Source of the DNA: Felis catus
Taxonomy: Eukaryota
Reading direction: 5' to 3'
Assembly (NCBI RefSeq): GCF_018350175.1
Contig: NC_058369.1
Coordinates: forward strand, 154,070,001 to 154,134,000
DNA: 64,000 bases
Made by a program: the position numbers and the translations under genes. Below, piece by piece: positions 59,815 to 64,000 of this stretch (position 1 is the first letter of the stretch; every line of letters begins with the position of its first letter). The notes below the pieces were generated by a model. The model was not told where the DNA came from. It worked only from the letters and a program-made list of their open reading frames with translations, and searched no databases.

Positions 59815-60033
59815 AGGTTAGGCAAACTCCAGTAAAATGCTAGATAGTAAATATTTCAGTCTTGCTGGCCATACAGTATGTTCTCTGTCACAACTACTCA
59901 ACAATGCTGTCGTAGTGCAACAGCAACCATAGACAATAGTAAATGAATGAGCCTGGCAGCATTCCAATGAACTATTCAGAAAAATGGGCAGTGGGCTGGA
60001 TTTGGCCTGTGGGCTGTAGATTGCTGACTCCTG
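59815..60033 (+). mobile_element. MER58A-like hAT-Charlie MITE inside L1
   Basis: ggcaaact...gatagtaaatattt...tctctgtcacaactactcaac...ggatttggcctgtgggctgtagattgctgactcctg. Confidence 0.85.
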
Positions 60034-61149
60034 TCCTAAAGTTTAAACTTCAGACAAAAGGGAAATGATTCCAGATGGAAAGGCAGAGATTCCAGAAGGA
60101 ATGAAGAAAAAAGAAAGTGGTAAATAGATGAGCATTACGTGAAGTTTAGCTTCAAAAAACACAGAACTAAAACACATATGATAACGGGCATAAAACTTCA
60201 GGAGAGGTTAAAAGGAGTCTTCTTTGTGTTATCTGGAGGAAGTGAAAAGGTATTAAGAATGCCTATTTTAACTTTTAGGGTAACTACTAAAAGAATAAAA
60301 ATAAAATGAAACTTCCAAATTACTAGAATGGATGATTAAAAAGCAGGCAAGAAAGGAGAGAAAATTAACTAGATGAGACAAATAGGCAAAATAGAAGAGC
60401 TTTAAGACCAAACGAGTAATTACACAAATATAAATAATTGCTTCAATGAAAAGAAAATATGATTATTAAATTAAAAAAAGCCAACTATATGATGTTTATG
60501 ATACATTTAAAATGTAAACAACCACTGAATGCTGGGACACTGGATAGTTCCTCCAGTTGTGTCTCAGGTCCTCATCTTGTAATATAAAGAAGTTGAACTG
60601 TAAAAAAAAAAATAATAATAAATAAAATGTAAGCAACCAGAAAAGTAGAAGGTAAAAGATAAAAACTAAATTCTCATTAACACATAGATATTTCAACATG
60701 TTAGTTTACTTCCCTCCTAAGTTTTTCAGAAGATTATATATATATAAATATATATATAAATATATATATGCCTCCCACTAAGACATGATAATTTGTACAC
60801 TTTTATTGCGAATTGTGTTCAGTAATATTCTTAGTATTTGGAGTTGATGGAATTTTGAATTCTTTGAATAATTGGAGGGAAACTATTTTTGTCAGTTACA
60901 AAAGACAGCATAATTTAAAATTTTTTATTGGCCCAATATAGATTCAAAGTGATACTGGGCCTAGGGCTACTAATTTTATGTTTTTTACTAATCTTGCGAA
61001 TAAATTATAAGTTCCAGGCTGATGCATATAAATTTTTAATGAAAAAATTTTAGTTATTTCCTTCCCAAGTATCTAGGAAGTACCTAGGTCTCGTTTTAAA
61101 GAATTAGTATTTTACAAAAAAAGTGAAAATGCCAGGCTAAGCATTTTCT

Positions 61150-61300
61150 GCTAGCTCATTTAACCCTCACAACAATGCTGTATGTATTTATAGCCACAAA
61201 CATGAGATTACGAAATAAACTGCTGAAGGTTCCAGTTAGCAATTAGTCGACTAAGATTTTGAATCCAAGGTGATGGCAAGCTATGAATGCACAGGCTTTC
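61150..61300 (-). mobile_element. MIR fragment
   Basis: ctcatttaaccctcacaacaa...gattttgaatccaagg. Confidence 0.6.
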
Positions 61301-61897
61301 TTTCCCGTTGGCAATGCTGCTGATACACTGAAAAGGCCTAATTCTTCAAATTTACCTCTTAAGCAGGAAAAAAAAGAAATTCTCTTAAAAAAAAAAAAAG
61401 ATCACCTCCTTTCCTTTCTGAAGATACTGCTCAATTTTTATAGTTCCAAATTTAGACTAACAGCTTCCTGTTATAATGATAATCTGAATGGGTTAGATCA
61501 TCTGTTTCCTAGTGTATTAAGTTCAGGTGTTATTTCATGAAGGGAAACTATCCAGACGTCAGTTCTCCAGGGCTCCTTTTATAGAAGGTCAAGGCAGCAG
61601 TGGGGAAAAGGTTGAGTGTACGTACGAGATTCTGGGCGGGCCCCTGAAAGCGAGTTAATCGGTCAGTGAATAGTCGTTAGAAACACGCCTGCATTAACTA
61701 TTAAGATTGCTAACCTCAGTAGAACCGATCCGCATGGTCTCCACTTACTTTCGACTCGGGGTAACCCTCTGGCACATTTGCTAATTTGAGTCCCGTTCGC
61801 CAGCACAGCGTGCCACGCGACCCCAGCCCACTTGGAGAAGGGTGCGTGCAGTTTGGCGCCTCGGGCGGATCTAGCTCGAGGGTCGTTTGATAAGCAC

Positions 61898-61907
61898 TCT
61901 CGCGAGA
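61898..61907. promoter_or_regulatory. CGCG element TCTCGCGAGA (BANP motif)
   Basis: Perfect 10-bp palindrome about 160 bp upstream of the probable TSS. Confidence 0.85.
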
Positions 61908-62059
61908 TCTGGGGAAAGGGGCGGGCAAAGCCCGCGTGCACGCGCCCGAAAGCCGTTAGGGCGGAACCTCTCCCGGGCGGGGCGGGTGGAGCAAATACAG
62001 TTGGACGCCAGTTGGTGGAGCCCCCGCGGGAAACAACTAAGCGCGAGGAGCGTGCGCGC

Positions 62060-62490
62060 TCACGTCCCGGCGACGGTGGCGGCGAGCGGCGTCAGAGCTT
62101 GAAGGGGGGGCTGACGGCTTCTGGCGGGTGGCGGTGTTGGAGGCGAGAGCTTGCTTAGCCCGTAACGCCTCTGTCCCAGGACCAGACGGAGAGTGAGGGA
62201 ACGAGGGTTGCTTTCGGGGGCTGCTGCTTTCCACTTACGCATCGTCGTGAGGAGCGCAGCCCGGACTCTCCTACTACAAGCCCTCCAGCTCCCTTTCCAC
62301 ACGCCTCGAGGCGGCGGCGGCGGCAACTGAGACAGCGTCTCACCTTCCCCCACCCCTTCCCCTGTCCCCCNNNNNNNNNNNNNNNNNNNNNNNNNNNNNN
62401 NNNNNNNNNNNNNNNNNNNNNNNNNNNNNNNNNNNNNNNNNNNNNNNNNNNNNNNNNNNNNNNNNNNNNNNNNNNNNNNNNNNNNNNNNN
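62060..62490 (+). other. LUC7L2: LUC7L2 exon 1: 5'UTR visible; ATG, about 61 coding nt and the donor are hidden in gap 62371-62510
   Basis: 5'UTR (ggcgacggtggcggcgagcggcgtcagagcttg...gagagcttgctt...cacgcctcgaggcggcggcggc) recognised as LUC7L2-like; synteny downstream of FMC1; boundaries approximate. Confidence 0.8.
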
Positions 62491-64000
62491 NNNNNNNNNN
62501 NNNNNNNNNNCTGGGGGTGGGGGAGGGGAAGGGAAAGCGAGGGGAAGGGGCTCCGCGGGCGTACCTGGGCTTGCGTGTGTGGCTGAGTAAGGGGCTCCCA
62601 GATTGGTAACACGAGGTCCCGGCTCCCGTCCCATCCAATCAGGGTTGGGCAGGCGGGCTTGGGGGGCGGTGACCGAGCGGATTGGCGGGAACTGCTGCCA
62701 ATGGGGTCAGACGGGGCCTGGAGGCAGAAAGGAGAGTTTGAGATTCAATGTTGACTTGTCTGGGATGGGGGAGCCCACGTCTCTGTTGGCGTAGTGGGGC
62801 ATCCCGTCTTGTGGCTGATGAGGTATCGGTGGGCCGCTAAAGCCTCCGCCCCTGAACTAATTCCTTCACCCAGAGCTTTGGGATCATCCCTCGCCGCCGC
62901 CCTCCCGAGCATCCAGAGACAACTGGCCGCCCCCTCCCCCCACCCCCCCGCCCCTTACCTGGGTCCGGAGGAAACCTTCACAGTGATTCCAGCCCCAGAA
63001 GTGCACTCTCGATCCCCACAGAAACAACCATTCTTATGGAAAAAATCTGACCCAAACCATGGTTTCTTGAAGTGGGTGTGTTTGGCCCCATTTTGTGAAA
63101 AGAAAAAATGTTATGGCCTGTTTTTTTCCGAGAGACCTCCATCTTGTTAGAGAATTTAATAGAAGCTTTGTTCAGTAAATATTGACAAATCTTGCATGTG
63201 CCCCAAATAGAGCCATTTTGAAAATGTGGTGCCCAGTGAAATAGAATCGAGGGAAACAATCCTTTGAAGCACTTAGGTTAGAGTTTGTGTAGAAAATCAC
63301 TAATTGCTGGATATCTTGTCATAAAGAATTTCTAATAAAAAGATGAAATGCTGTTGCTTTTTTGGTGATGATAATAACAGTGTATTCTCAAATTGAGCTC
63401 AAATCCATGCTATTTGCGAGGAAAGATCTAGTTTAGTACTTTCTCTTATAACAGCAAAACACTTGCTCATTTTTATATGTTGCTTGTTTAGGTAGATTGT
63501 TTCTTAGCCATTAAAGAAATGCTTTTTTCTTGAAAAGTTATTTAAATTGCTTGACGTAAGAGAAAAGGCACACATATTTTTAACAGTTGCTCTTTTGATT
63601 TTCTTGAGTACTTTGCAGCAAAATATGTGAGTAGATTAAAAAATATGTACTGAATTCATATACTTTTCGCAATGCATATTAAGAGTGGCTTTTCAGTGTT
63701 CACATTTGAATTTTAATAGAAACCCACATTGGGAACTTGTCTTCATAGGACATATAAACAAATAGGTGGAGGTGGCAGACCTATTTGTGGTTGTGTAGAG
63801 AGGAGGGGAAGATTGGGAAGGAAATGAATTTTGTGTAGTAAACCCTTGAAAGTTAACATTAATTAAAAATGCCCCTGGAGAGACTGTTAACCTGTTCATT
63901 TTCCACTTTAGATAAGAATGGCTATTTTATAACTGCAGCATGTCTTGACATTGCACCTTTTCCATAATGAAGATGGTATTGGGAAGAGACCTAATTCAGG

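Larger units (their letters stand above)
58240..60520 (+). mobile_element. Old L1 5'/ORF1 region, interrupted by a SINE and a MER58
   Basis: A-rich; tggatttagcagcaggctagattcagctgaa, aacctagaattctataccca, ccaactatatgatgttta; many stops. Confidence 0.75.
61620..62980. promoter_or_regulatory. LUC7L2: CpG island promoter of LUC7L2
   Basis: CpG-rich; GC boxes GGGCGG at about 61635, 61863, 61919 and 61975-61985. Confidence 0.85.

Noticed and set aside
2171-62638. ORFs rich in X
   Set aside because: Artefacts of N gaps, which contain no stop codons.

Overview
Mammalian genomic DNA from a felid (it carries SINEC_Fc-type CAN-SINEs and an L1_Fc-like 3' end), with the same gene order as human 7q34. 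All genes are on the + strand: the 3' half of UBN2 (8 visible coding exons, 2 more inferred inside N gaps, and a 3'UTR of about 10.3 kb), a repeat-rich intergenic interval, then a CpG island holding tRNA-Arg(CCT) and the FMC1 start. FMC1 (2 exons) follows, then the LUC7L2 promoter and exon 1, whose coding part is hidden in a gap. Apart from the UBN2 and FMC1 exons, the ORF track reflects repeats, gaps or chance. I found no convincing new multi-gene system. The most unusual signals are: (1) a 610-bp array of GATC(TA)nGATC palindromes in FMC1 intron 1, with a 30-bp-arm hairpin and a 78-bp higher-order repeat; (2) a CAG-TAG-AAG triple acceptor on a UBN2 cassette exon that could toggle an in-frame stop; (3) two retroposons inserted on opposite strands of one TTTTAAAA site; (4) N gaps that preferentially hit exons while preserving length. 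Gene and repeat names come from recall, not a database search.
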